Assembly: GCA_951406725.2 (NCBI GenBank) | Contig: OX597820.1 | Coordinates: 50,902,001-50,966,000, forward strand | Origin: Octopus vulgaris | Taxonomy: Eukaryota | DNA: 64,000 nt | Direction of reading: 5' to 3' | Shown here: positions 25,936 to 38,844 of the stretch, in pieces | Layout of the letters: every line of letters begins with the position of its first letter | Numbering within the stretch: position 1 is the stretch's first letter | Made by a program: the position numbers and the translations under genes | The notes under the pieces: generated by a model | Database searches by the model: none | Told to the model about the DNA's origin: nothing | What the model saw: the letters and a program-made list of their open reading frames with translations, nothing else

Positions 25936-26273
25936 TGTAGTTTACTACGGTTGTTTCAGAAGAGTTTTTATTGATAAACAAAAGTGTTATGCAAAGTTTA
26001 AAAAAGTTACAGTTTCATCAGGTGAATACAGGTAGGAAATAGCAATCAGAACTCCTCAAAGACAAGCACATAGTGCCCTGTCACTATACCCGACCAAGCT
26101 CTCTGGTTGAATTAGATTTCGTAGTCATATGGCGCTATGACCTTGTTCTTATAAAGTTCTAATAGTTAATTTTTACCTGTATTTACCTGATGAAGATGTT
26201 TAATTGTCTTTGCATGATGTAACACTTCTTTTCGTCAATAAAAAAACACGTCTGAGATAGCTGTAGTGGACCA
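25936..26273. repeat. Diverged inverted repeat (~150-bp arms); each arm has a hammerhead-like core with long stem II
   Basis: CATCAGGTGAATACAGGTA versus TACCTGTATTTACCTGATG; TTTTTATTGA versus TCAATAAAAA; CATAGTGCC versus GGCGCTATG. Confidence 0.75.
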
Positions 26274-26555
26274 TATTCCATCAGATGTTATTGTTTATCC
26301 TTCACCTAATTCGGAACGTACAATCCGTTTGGATCTAAAATCGTAGAAGACGGAGCAACAGGTACAGTGTGTGTACGCATGTGTGACATTGACGACTCAT
26401 GGTGTATTCAGTCAAGCATTTATGAATGCATGCATAACTGAAGTACAAATGCATGTTTTTTTATGTATACGTACTTGTATACGATGGAGCAATTATCGAA
26501 CTGATTCTCTTGAATCCTGGAATTTTTTAAATATAATATATATATATATATGTAT

Positions 26556-26975
26556 AGGCGCAGGCGTGGCTGAGTGGTAAGAAGCTTACTTTCCAACCAC
26601 ATTTTCCCTGGTTCAGTCCCACTGCGTGGCACCCTCGGAGAGTGTCTTCTGCTGTAGCCTCGGGCTTACCAAGGCTTTGTGAGTTAAATCTCTAGACGGA
26701 AACTCAGAGAAACCCGTTGTATAAGTGTGTGTGTGTATGTATGTGTGTGTGTGTCTGTGCGTGTGTGTGAGAGAGAGTTTTTGTGTCTGTGTTTTCCACA
26801 CACTCCGCATTAACACTTCAAAACCGGTTTTGGTGTGTTTGCGTCATCTAATTTGGCGGTTCGGAAACAGATACAGATAGAATAAGTTCTAGGCTTAAAG
26901 AATAAGTCCTGGGGTCGATTTTGTGCTCGAGGATGGCCGCAGTCAAATAACGGAAGCAATTAAAACTATAAAAAT
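26556..26975 (+). mobile_element. SINE family B, near full-length
   Basis: GGCGCAGGCGTGGCTGAGTGGTAAGAAGCTT (A box)...GGTTCAGTCCCACTGCGTGGCACC (B-box-like)...AAAGAATAAGTCCTGGGGTCGATT. Confidence 0.85.
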
Positions 26976-27079
26976 ATATGCAAATATATACTGCTTGTTA
27001 TTTATGTTTTGGTTTATGTTTGAGTTGCATAATTTATATTTTATATATTCATATTGTGAAATTTGATTTAATACTAAAT

Positions 27080-27345
27080 TGAAACCATATTTTCTTTACA
27101 ATGTTGCATAGACCGTTCTGAAAGTCCTCAAGGTCTTTCATACGTGGGTGGGTGGACTTTCGGTATTTGAACCCGAATTTATCCGTAGATACAGTGATGT
27201 AGCGATGGATGGATTATCCTAGAAGAAAGCCTTCCAGCACATGCATTTCATAAAACTTTCCGTCTTCTCCATAAATCGCGTCAAGTTGATTTTTCCTTCG
27301 AGCTATGTGGATATTCCTCAGCGAGTAAGGTAGTAGTTGTCTCTC
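27080..27345 (-). mobile_element. Penelope-like element ORF N-terminal fragment
   Basis: Minus strand: YSLRNIH...FMEKTESFMKCMCWKAFF*...FGFK...MKDLEDFQNGLCNIVKKIWF (YS.KNIP / KTE.F..RMRWKA / GFK / L..FE.DL pattern seen in PLE ORFs). Confidence 0.6.
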
Positions 27346-27408
27346 CATTGCAAACTGTTAGTCAGACGTTCGTGAAATGCGCTGAACAGAATCTGGAGCT
27401 ATTACATG

Positions 27409-27485
<77 letters not shown>

Positions 27486-27521
27486 ACACACATATATATA
27501 TATATACATACATAAATACAT

Positions 27522-27602
<81 letters not shown>

Positions 27603-27667
27603 CATATATTATATATACATATCCATATATACATATATATCCATATATGTATATGTATATGTATATG

Positions 27668-27731
<64 letters not shown>

Positions 27732-28256
27732 TTCGTGTGTATGTGTGTATGTATCTACAAGTGAATGTCTGCAGCTTTTGCTTTTTCGTTTTGCAGATGT
27801 TCCATTTTGGGTGAGAGCTTTACGAGTTATATTTCTTTGTTCTAGAATTAAATCATGATGTAATTTCTCTACTTTTTTATACTCTTTAAAACTTTTTTTA
27901 ACTGTTTCTGCCTTCACTTTATTACCAGCATGAATGTTATACGTTCCTCAATCTGCCTTTTTTTTAAAATTAATCTTTCATTGTGGAGTCTTCTTTTTTT
28001 ACATCACAAAAGAACATCTAGAGCTAAATACACTTGTACTTTATGGTGAGCCCTGCTTCTGAAATTACGTCTCATAAGATTAGCGAATTTCTAACAAAAT
28101 ATATCGACTTGAGGAAAATTGTCATTTGGTTGCTCGTAAGAATGTAATTATAGGTATAAGCACACACACACGCTCGCGTGCACACACACGTACACATACA
28201 CATATGAATGCACACATATATGCATACATAGATAGATAGATGACATACATACACAA

Positions 28257-28319
<63 letters not shown>

Positions 28320-30329
28320 CATATATATATATATATATATATATACATACATACATATATACATACCTACATATATACATACCTACACACACACACGTAT
28401 ATATATATATACGAGAGAGAGAGAGAGAGAGATGCATACATACATATATAAAAACAAACATTCATTCATCCATACATATATACAGATGTATAATTTTGTA
28501 ATACGTGTGGTTTGCATTTTATTATATATTGTATTTGCACTATACACGCACGCACCTATACGGGCATACATACGCCAGTACACATTCCTCTGAGATCCAA
28601 GCATTTTTGTTTTTCTGTTTTCAAACAATAAATTTCTTGGAATAACGTCAGTGATTCTTCAGCCAGTGAAGATGTAATGATATCAGTTTGAATTCCACCC
28701 TGGTTCTCTTTTCAATAAATAGGCAATATTTGAATGCTGTAACATATACTGCTCATACTTGGACATTATATTCAAATTTCAATAGTCATTTGTTTATTTT
28801 TACATACGGCTTGTGTAATGGGTTTGTGGAAATTTTAATAGTCTACACGTAGGTTGTCTGTGAATGTCTGCCTATATAGGTTTTAATTGTTTCGTCCAGT
28901 ATATAGCATTTTCGTTCCTCATTGTGTAAATAGTGTTAAGCCGTTCGGAGGGAGTGACTTTTTTTTTACTCAGTGTATTTAACAAAGTCGTTAAGTAAAT
29001 AACACCAATATTTGAAATGAAATTTATTGTGTATTTTCAATAACTTTCGTGTGTTGTGTGTACGTTGCGTAGTATTGCTGCTTGTATTCTGCTATATTTT
29101 TGTCTATATATTTATTAAAGTATCAGTTGCCGTTTAGTGTTCGTATTATTTGCAATAATTTTATCTCTAGTACGTTGTCTGGTAGGTTTATTATGCTGCT
29201 CTTTTAAGTGCGGAACTTTTAGCCCACAACTTTGAACTGAAGACAGCATACACCAAAGGTATCATAATATATGTAGCAACGATCGAGATAAACAGACAAT
29301 GTTTGCCAATGTCTACATTGGTATATTCAGGAAGATCTGTTGATGCTTCTCAGCCAGTTTGAAATGACTGAGTAATTTTATGAGTGTTTTACACTCAATT
29401 CTCCAATCAGCTAGAGCCATGCAATCGATACAAGTGGTATTTCAGTCGTCCACAAGCATGAAAGAGACGTTTAAAGGAAAAGCTGACTAGAGCAATCGGG
29501 CCACGCTGCTCCAGTTGTAGAATTCATGATAATTTGTTTACATATGCACTACATAAGTTCTCTACTGTTCATGTCAAGAATTACTAGCTTACCGTCGGCG
29601 TCTGAGAAGATGGACCATGTTTCAATGCCCAGACTGTTCGAAAAAGCAACGCAACATCTCCACTTACTCTTTCGACATCATTGCATCTTCTTGTTGTCAC
29701 TACTATTGCTGCTCTTGTCGTAGATGCTGCTGCTAATGATTATGATGATGATGATGATGATGATGATTATGATGTCACTGCTCTTGTTGCGCTTGTTGCT
29801 GCTCTCATTACTATTGTTGCTCCTATCCTTGTTTTCGCTTCTGATGAATTTGTTGCTGTCTATTCTATTTTTGTTACTATTACTATCGTGGTATTGTCGT
29901 TGCTTGTGTTGTTAAAAGAATTGCCGAAGCCATTGTTATGGTTATTGTTGTTCAAATTTCTGTTGCTGCCGTCATGGCTATGCTCTCTCGCGAGGCTCGT
30001 ATCGTAGCGCTGTAAGAATTTATTTCTACCTCCTCATCCAGTCAATTAGTGGGCACGAGCGACATCATATTTCCAACGAGAAAAAAAAATACACAGACGA
30101 CACAAATAAATGTATAAACTTTGTGCTCTATACGTCACAGTTTAGTGGAATCCTTCTTCACTCGATGAAGTACGGTTCTTTCTAACAAAAATTAACGAGA
30201 GTAAACAAATCCACGTGAGTCAACACGATTCTCTTTTAAACCAAACGACAAAATCAACAACAAAAATAGCAACGACAGCTACAATAATAACACGAATAAC
30301 AAGAATATTAGTAGTAGCTAATGATGGCA

Positions 30330-33300
30330 TAGCAACGACGATAAAAAGCATAAATTTGGCTATCACAGACTTTATTTGAGCAGAAGCAAACATCAGTATT
30401 TCAAGGTTAAATAAATAATGTATGCAGCAACCTCTGGGATCACGAAGAGAAGTGGATACTCCATGGTATTCACCTACATAGCAAATATTCAGAAAAATCA
30501 AAAACCTTGCGAAGGAAATATTCAGAAAATGATAAACATTAACAGAAAGAATGTGTGAGTCCTTTCGGAAATCATTTAAAAGACATGGCGACTGAATAAC
30601 GGGAAAGGAGGTCAAATATTACAGATATACAATATAAGAAAACGAGATGAACCTGCAGTGAAACATAGAATGATAAACGCCTGACGCAAGAGATCATCGC
30701 CAAATCTCAGGGAATTCGTCCCTATGATAATTCAAATGACCCCTTGAACAATACAAGCAATCTAACTTTAATCCCAAACATTTCCATCTATAACTTAGTA
30801 AAATATAAAATAGATGTCAATGTAGCGCGCGTAGTGCAGGTAGTAAAAAAATATCAAAGAAAGAGTGTCGGCTGAGAAGGAACTACCATTGTTGAGATTA
30901 AACAAAATGACACACACGGTACCTGCATAACTTTGAATACCCATATCAACGGAAGAATTAACCCAGGTACTGCAAAAATGAAACAATTGGAAGGTACAAA
31001 GATACAAGATGACTCCCGCATTTTGGTTTAAATATTTAACAGTGAAACATAATGTGCTGGTAGAGAAATTTAATGGAAAGATGATAAAGCCAACAGCAGC
31101 ACCAGAATCACAGAAAGAAAGCCCATCTTAACTGCCAAGTCTACTAGAATCACATGTTAATCGCCAAGTCTACTGGAATCAGAAACAGAAGTTGGCCCTG
31201 GATATACCATCCACGAGCAAGGGAATATATAAAACATATAATGGGTGAATGGTAAACAACTACAAATTAAACCCATGCCCTTTAGCAGAAAAGGAAACAT
31301 CTCGCTCCTCATTTTTTTGTTTGGTAATGACGTATTTAACCGACATGATGAGTACACCCGGGTGTAGATACAATTTTTATGGTAAAGCAAACAATCATCT
31401 CTTGTATATGGTGGATTACAAATTTCAAGCTGCATACTACAAACAATATGCGAATTTATGAGAGAAATCAATATGTTATAAAATGGGTGATAGGTGAACA
31501 AATTCTGTACAACAATGACGTATTATATACAGAGAATTAAATAAGAGAACAACATTAAAGTTAGGCTTACAAAAAATTCAGAATCAATGAAGTAGATAGG
31601 GAACAACACGCACAAGTGAAAGAGAAACTAACAAATATTATAAACGAATTATATTAAATCTTAAAACAGCACTAAATGCGAAACTAACTTAATACAGATC
31701 ATTAGTTGTCCCAGTTATGAGTTACAATTAAAATATTCTTGACTGGACTCTAAATGAGCCAGTAAAATTGAAGAAGAAAACGAAAGTTGACATAGAAATG
31801 TTATATATAAACAAACTGAAGGCAATAGACACCTTATTCGAAAGTAACCTTAAAAGTTCATAGGCTGCCAACAAAGGAGTGATGCTGGAGCTGTGAAATT
31901 TTGCTTGCATTAATTTCTTTGCCTCTTATTAAAACCTGCATTGTTTCTTTCTAGGTAAACTGATATATGACTGTTCAAAAAGACTTTAAATTAACTAGTA
32001 GCGACTTTGTTTGGAAATTGACGAAATTTGGTGTCGTGGTGTTATCACGTACTTCCAAAGAAAGGATTTAGTCCCTAAGCAAATTAATGCTGACAGGACT
32101 GATACATTACGAGATGATTTCCCGACTCTATCAACAATACAAAAGTGGGAAGCTGAATTTATGACATGAACGGTGAGTTTTGATGATGACCCAAAATCTG
32201 GACGTCCTACAATTGCAAACGCCGAGGAAAACATTGATCATGTTCATCACATGTTAGAGGATTCCAGAGGATTGACTATAAATCAAGTAGCTGATGATAT
32301 TAGAATATCCTATGAGAGAGTTGAGAATATTCTGCACAATGAACTTGGCATGACGAATGTTTCTGCTCGGTAGATGCCATGTCTACTGATATCTCATCAA
32401 AAGTGCAACAGGCTGATCAAATCACAGAAAAATATTTGCGGCTGATCTAACTGCTTTCTTTGAATGTTTCCTAACCTAGGACGAGTGTGTGGTTCACCAA
32501 TTTCAGCCAAAGGCAAAGAGAAAACCCGTGAAGTGGAAACATCCTCTCCTCACCTGCTCCAAAGAAGGCCAAGAGGTTTTCATCTGCGGGGCAAATAATG
32601 GCATCAGCTTTTTGGGATGCGAAGGCATTTTGTATATTGACTATCTTCAAAATTGCCACACCATAAATGAAGTGTATTATGCCAAATTTCGGAAGCAGTT
32701 ACAAAAGACTATCAAGACCAAACGGCCAGGAAAACTGACGGAAGTAGTGTTGTTTTATCAGGGCAATTCTCCAGCTTACAATTCGTTGGTTTCCATGGTT
32801 GTTGTGCATGACTGTGGCTTTACATTGTCGATAGCTCTCCCTATTCTCATGATTTCCCCACCATTCCAAAACAATAAGCTGGAAGCCAGTATCGCAGTCA
32901 TGGAGACGTCAAATGTATTGTTTTTATCTATAGTACCTTTTTTATTTACATGATGAAAGCTTCTCCACTAATGAGATTCAAGCACTACAAAACCAATAGA
33001 AGAAAATGTGTGGAACGTAAAGGGGGCTATTTTGAAATATAAAGCTGCTCATTTAATCATATTCCATGAGAATATCTCGGTCAGCTAATAAACTTTTCAG
33101 TCGACCCTGGTACAACTAGAAAATTAATAGAAAATATCAACCAAAGGACTGCAATAATACCGAATTCAGAATCAAGGAAAACTTATACAAGTAGCCACAA
33201 AGTATCTACAAAATTAAAGAAAAAAATGTTTTTTGTCTTTAACGAAGCCGGAAAAGCGCAAAGCTGATATCTATAAAAAAGAACAAAAACAAAACAAAAA

Positions 33301-33390
33301 AAGTAAGAGCAAATGTTCTTAAAACATGAAATAGAAAATGCCACGATAAAACGTTGGCAAGAAAAGCCTTTACCTGTCAAATGCTAGAAT
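30330..33390 (+). mobile_element. Internally deleted R4/Dong-like LINE interrupted by a mariner
   Basis: MYAAT..TPWY; EELTQVLQK..NWK..FWFKYL; FFCLVM...NHLLYMVDYK (RT YMDD region); EGNRHL|IQLE across the mariner; KRWQEKPL at ~33350. Confidence 0.75.
31839..33110 (+). mobile_element. Full-length (~1.27 kb) mariner DNA transposon, defective transposase ~32018-33042
   Basis: DDDPKSGRP, ILHNELGMTNVSAR*MP (WVP), DEC.VH, AFWDAK/GILYIDYL, KRPGKL..VLFYQGNSPAY, PYS.D, KCVERKGGYFE. TIRs AAAAGTTCATAGGCTGCCAA / CTCGGTCAGCTAATAAACTTTTCAGTCGACCCTGG, then TA. Confidence 0.92.
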
Positions 33391-33439
33391 AAGAAGAGCG
33401 ATAGCGTCAGGGAGGGGGGCGTTATGGAGCAGATAAAAG

Positions 33440-34440
33440 AGCCGGGATAATTGGGGATATTGGAAATGGATAAATGGATGGAGAAAGAAATGAGAGAAAA
33501 AATTAGGGTGGAGTAATTGCGCAGACTGAAACTGATCTGTAAGTCGAAATTAATCGAACGGAATACGATTCATGTTATCAACAATTGGGCGGTTTCACAT
33601 CTCAGATATGAAACAGGTGTAATCACATGGACAGTAGAGAAACAAAGCAGCTTAGACAGAAAGACAAGGAAGTTGCTGATTAGATATGGGATACCAAAAA
33701 GTGACAGACAGATTGTATGTACCAAGAAAAAGAGAAGAGGACTGATCGGATGCGAACACAGCACTAGAGCAGAAGAAAGCCACATAGCCTGGCATGTAAA
33801 AAATGCGACAGAACCGCTATTATTGGAAAGAAGAAGATCAGTTTTGTGTAGGATGAAAGATTGCAAAGATAAAGCACTGTACAAGCACTTGAGAATGAAT
33901 GAAACTGAAAATAAGTAGATAAAGAAAAGATTACATGGACAATTTCATAGGGATGTTGAAGATAAAATGGATATGAATGACTAAAAGTGATTTAAAACCA
34001 GAAACGGAGGCTCTAAACTGTGCTGCCCAAGAACAAACATTAAGACCCAATCACATCAAATACAGAATATACAACACACCAGAAAGTGATAAGTGCAGAG
34101 TTTGTGGGCAAAATGGTGAAACCGTATGGCAATATTACCAGTCATTGTACGCCACTAGCCCAAAAAGAATATAAGAGCCGTCATGACAATATAGCAAGGA
34201 TTGTCCATTGGATATTTTTGAAACAATTATAGACTTGACAGTAAAAAATTGGTACGAACGTAAAACCGAAGGCATCATCGAAAAGGATAATGCAAAGATC
34301 CTATGGGATTTTTTGATTCAGTGCGACCATGAGATAAAATATATGAGACCAGACGTAGTGGTGTTAATTGAGAAAGAAAGAAAACGATGCTGGATGGTAG
34401 ACATAGCATTCCCAGCTGACAAGTTATGCGATAAGGAGTT
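33440..34440 (+). mobile_element. R4/Dong-like RLE LINE fragment (RT C-terminus, CCHC, RLE)
   Basis: RRLKLICKSKL...INNWAVS.LRY..W...LDRKTRKLL; ETEALNCAAQEQ...KCRVCG..ET; RHDNIARIVHW; KILWDFLIQCDHEI..RPDVV...VDIAFPAD. Confidence 0.9.
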
Positions 34441-34455
34441 GTGTTCGATGAACTA

Positions 34456-34622
<167 letters not shown>

Positions 34623-35169
34623 CCATATTCAGGGATCTTTTGAGTGGGATGGGCTACTCGATTTGAGGAAAATTCTCAATGAACTCCCACCCTGCTAGGG
34701 CAGTTTATCTAAGTATGAGATCACCATGTCAAGCACACGTGGTTTTGATGCATGGGTCTTGTGTACCCTTATCAGATGGGTAGTCATGGTCGATATATAC
34801 GGCTTCGAATACTTTTGTACTTCGGTGTCACCTCAATGGCATGCGCTGGTCTCTCACTCGATAAAATTGATAATAATAAACATTCAACTGTAAGATCAAG
34901 GTTTAAAGGTTTGGTGGTGGACCTAGTCGATTTCTTCGATCCCAGTCCTTGTATGTGCATTTAAGTATCTAACCTGCAGCTCCACAATACTATAAGCGTG
35001 AAAGGAAAGGTAAATTCAATTGTACATGGAAAACTAATCTATATGTATAAGTTACCATCAACAAAACTAGTAAGAAGCCTGAGTCTGTAAGTGATATTTA
35101 CGTTATTTTATTCAAATTAGTGTGCATGCTCTGAGTGTATACTCAGAGTGTGTGTGTGTGAGAAAAAGA

Positions 35170-35322
<153 letters not shown>

Positions 35323-35872
35323 TGCGTGTGTTTCTAATTTTAATGAAAACCCAGTTTTATTCTTGACATTATGCACGTATATAAATACAGAAAACTTATT
35401 TCTCCCGCACACATTACTTTCCATCATACGCAAACGCACAAAGATTACTGTTTATCAGTTACTGGGTACAGGGAATCGAAGAATGAAAAAGGGGCCTATG
35501 ATTATTGGTTAGGCCCCATCTTATATAAAAAAGCTAAATATCTACAAATTTTAAGGGGGATTCACTTCTGCATCTGAACTTGTTTCTTCCTCCTTGCTAA
35601 ATTTCTCTCAATTGCACTGCATAAGCATATATCATTATCAAAGATTTTCCACGTGTACAAACAACGCAACAGAAACGATATCTATCTATCTATCTATCTA
35701 TCAATCTATCTGTCTGTCTATCTATATAATTTCAGTTGTGGTACAGTATTGTCCAATAATCTGATATGATATAATATGACATAATGTGATATATATATAT
35801 ATATACCGGAGTAAACACATAAATGTGAAACAAGGTGGAAAAAAGAGTACTCAAATACCAGTGGTAGAGTAA

Positions 35873-35910
35873 CTGTCTGATGAACGGCAACGAGAAACTC
35901 AGAGTAACAG
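35873..35910 (+). ncRNA. Minimal type-I hammerhead ribozyme motif with intact core
   Basis: CTGT-CTGATGA-A-CG-GCAA-CG-A-GAAA-CTC-A-GAG-TA-ACAG: 4-bp stem I (CTGT/ACAG), CUGAUGA and GAAA core, GUA cleavage triplet, near-palindromic stem III. Lies within a 35806-35944 element homologous to 22861-23089. Confidence 0.7.
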
Positions 35911-35942
35911 ATTCTGTTGAATTTTCTGCTGCTTTAAATAAA

Positions 35943-36088
<146 letters not shown>

Positions 36089-36238
36089 GTGAAATAGAAA
36101 GATGAATAATCTTGTAGTAGATTAATCAAAAGTTTAACCAATACCTTAGTAGCAAAAATCACAGCAGTAAAACAGCACGGTTGGAGGTACAACCATATGG
36201 TGTTGCAACCGTGCGTTGGTGCGGATAATTGAAATTAG

Positions 36239-36395
36239 AACATTATTGGTGAATTGAAGAAATGGAGCTGAACGCAGATTGAACAGAAATCGTTTTATTT
36301 CATTCTACACGTGTTTCGAAACACGTGTAGAATGAAATAAAACGATTTCTGTTCAATCTGCGTTCAGCTCCATTTCTTCAATTCACCAATAATGT

Positions 36396-36396
<1 letters not shown>
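36239..36396. repeat. Perfect 158-bp palindrome (79-bp arms, no spacer)
   Basis: AACATTATTGG...CTACACGTGTTTC|GAAACACGTGTAG...CCAATAATGTT; centre at 36317/36318. Confidence 0.97.
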
Positions 36397-36471
<75 letters not shown>

Positions 36472-36514
36472 CATATGTTTATGTGTTGTATATATATATA
36501 TATATATATACATA

Positions 36515-36764
36515 CATATGTTTGCAAAACTTGATTTACAGTTATGAAAAAAGAAAACACGTACAATACTCATTTATTTATATATGAAAAATAAAATTTA
36601 CTTGAAAAGTATTATAGTTAGGATAAATATATTATTATGATTAATGACACTGAAAATGTAAAAAAAAATGAGGCTGACTTTTAAGTTTTTTCATAAATAT
36701 AAATGAGCATTGTACGTGTTTTCTTTTTTTTCCTAACTATATACCTACTTTTGCACCCCCACTG
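36515..36764. mobile_element. Tc1/mariner-type MITE
   Basis: Long TIRs TGCAAAA...AAAAAAGAAAACACGTACAATACTCATTTAT / ATAAATGAGCATTGTACGTGTTTTCTTTTTT...TTTTGCACCCCCACTG, then TA. The CAGTG terminus is typical of Tc1. Confidence 0.75.
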
Positions 36765-36765
36765 T

Positions 36766-36808
<43 letters not shown>

Positions 36809-37453
36809 AACACATATATATATATACATATATCATTTATATGTGTGAATTTCTTAAAACTTATGCGAAAGCCAGTCACGATTATAAGTATGTGTGTATG
36901 TGTATATGTACTTGTATGAACGTTTGTATGTATATATATGTTCGTGTTTGCGCTCGCGTGAGCATGTATGGATGTATGTAAGCGTGTACTATGTACTGCC
37001 CCGGTTACCATTTTTAATACTTATGCAAAATCTGTATATGTAACGGAAGTGTTAAATGTGAAATAAGGCACTGTGATCAATATCTACAGGTAAACCCTTC
37101 ACGGATGTTCCCGTTGATGGCGCCGTCTATTGACAGAAATGAGTAAAAGAATAATAAATTCTCACAAATTATTTAAGTTTCGTAATTTAAAATAACAAAT
37201 ATAAAATAATAATAAGCAACAGAAAAGTTTATGAAAACCGTTTCCATACGATCTCTTGATGTGCTAGGAATAGATACCAAGTCTTCCTTAGATCATACCC
37301 TGTATTTTTTTTTTTTTTTTCATAATCATTTTTGTCGACAGAAAAGAAAAAAATAAGAAGAACCCATGACGCGAAGAAAGAATATGCTCGAAAAAGGAAA
37401 GTGTTATAGGTTGGATTTCGAAGGAAATGAAGGACACATTAGCACTAATGAAC

Positions 37454-37485
<32 letters not shown>

Positions 37486-38538
37486 AAAAAAGTTAAGGAG
37501 GTGGAGTAGAAGGAGGAAGACTGAGGCATCGGCGGCGTCGGTGGTGGTGGCGATGTTGGTGGTGGTGTTGGTGTTGATGACGATGGACATGATGATGATG
37601 ATGATGATGATGGTGATGATGATGTTGATTGGCAAGGTTGGTGTTGATGGTGATAATGATGACGACAACGTTGCGAGCGACAGCGGTGTTGATGGTAAAT
37701 GAATAAATAAATAGATAAATAAATGCAACAGGGCCATCATGGTTGATATACCTCTGGTCATAGGTCTCTTCGTTCGTGTTTCAACTGGGGCGAAACACAA
37801 CTAAAACAGCAGCAGCACCAGCAACAACAACAACAATAGCAATAGCAACAACATGAACAACAGCATCGACTACTCTCTCTCTCTCTCTCTCTTTTTCTTT
37901 TTCAACGTCTATTCATTCATCCATCATATGCACATTTAGCTAACATCGTCACACACACGCACACACACACACACACACATACCGATAATCTCAGGTACAC
38001 GCATCAACATACGCCCCAATATATACTGTTTGTCTCCTGTTTTCTCTCCTTAACTCTCTCTCTTTCACATACTCTTTCACTATCGTTATCTATATACACA
38101 CACTACACATTCTTATAGAGCAATAAGCGAGAGAGAGAGAGAGAGAGGGACAGAGAGAAAGAGAGAGGCGGAGTGTGTGTGTGTGAAAGAGAGAGCGTGA
38201 CAGAGAAACTGAGAAAGAGAGAGAGAGAGAGTGAGAGAGAAAGTGATAGGCAGATAGATGTATATAAATCTGTTGACTGTAACGAAGACCTCGAAGTTCT
38301 AACGCTAATCAACACTATAAGAAAATGAATTATATACTTGAAGGTACATACAAACATACATACATACAAGCATACATACATACATATATATACATACATA
38401 AATACGCACATAAATACATGAATGCATGCATACATACATACAAGCATACATACATGCATACAATCATACATACATATACATATACATATATATAGTCCAC
38501 CCCATAGACACGCACACAAATATATATGTAGATAGATG

Positions 38539-38582
<44 letters not shown>

Positions 38583-38750
38583 ACGTATGTGTATGCATAT
38601 ATGTGTGTGTGTCTGTCTATGTATGTATGTTTGTATGTATGACTTAAATTTTGAGATTATTTACATATATATATTATATATAAATTTATTTACTCTGCTA
38701 TGTATTGAGTACCTTATTTACTGTGGTTAACCCCGACTCAACCCGGGACC

Positions 38751-38844
<94 letters not shown>

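Noticed and set aside
28650-29220. Possible minus-strand Penelope RT relic (YWCYLLNDF, DIHRQPT)
   Set aside because: Too degenerate to support without a profile search.
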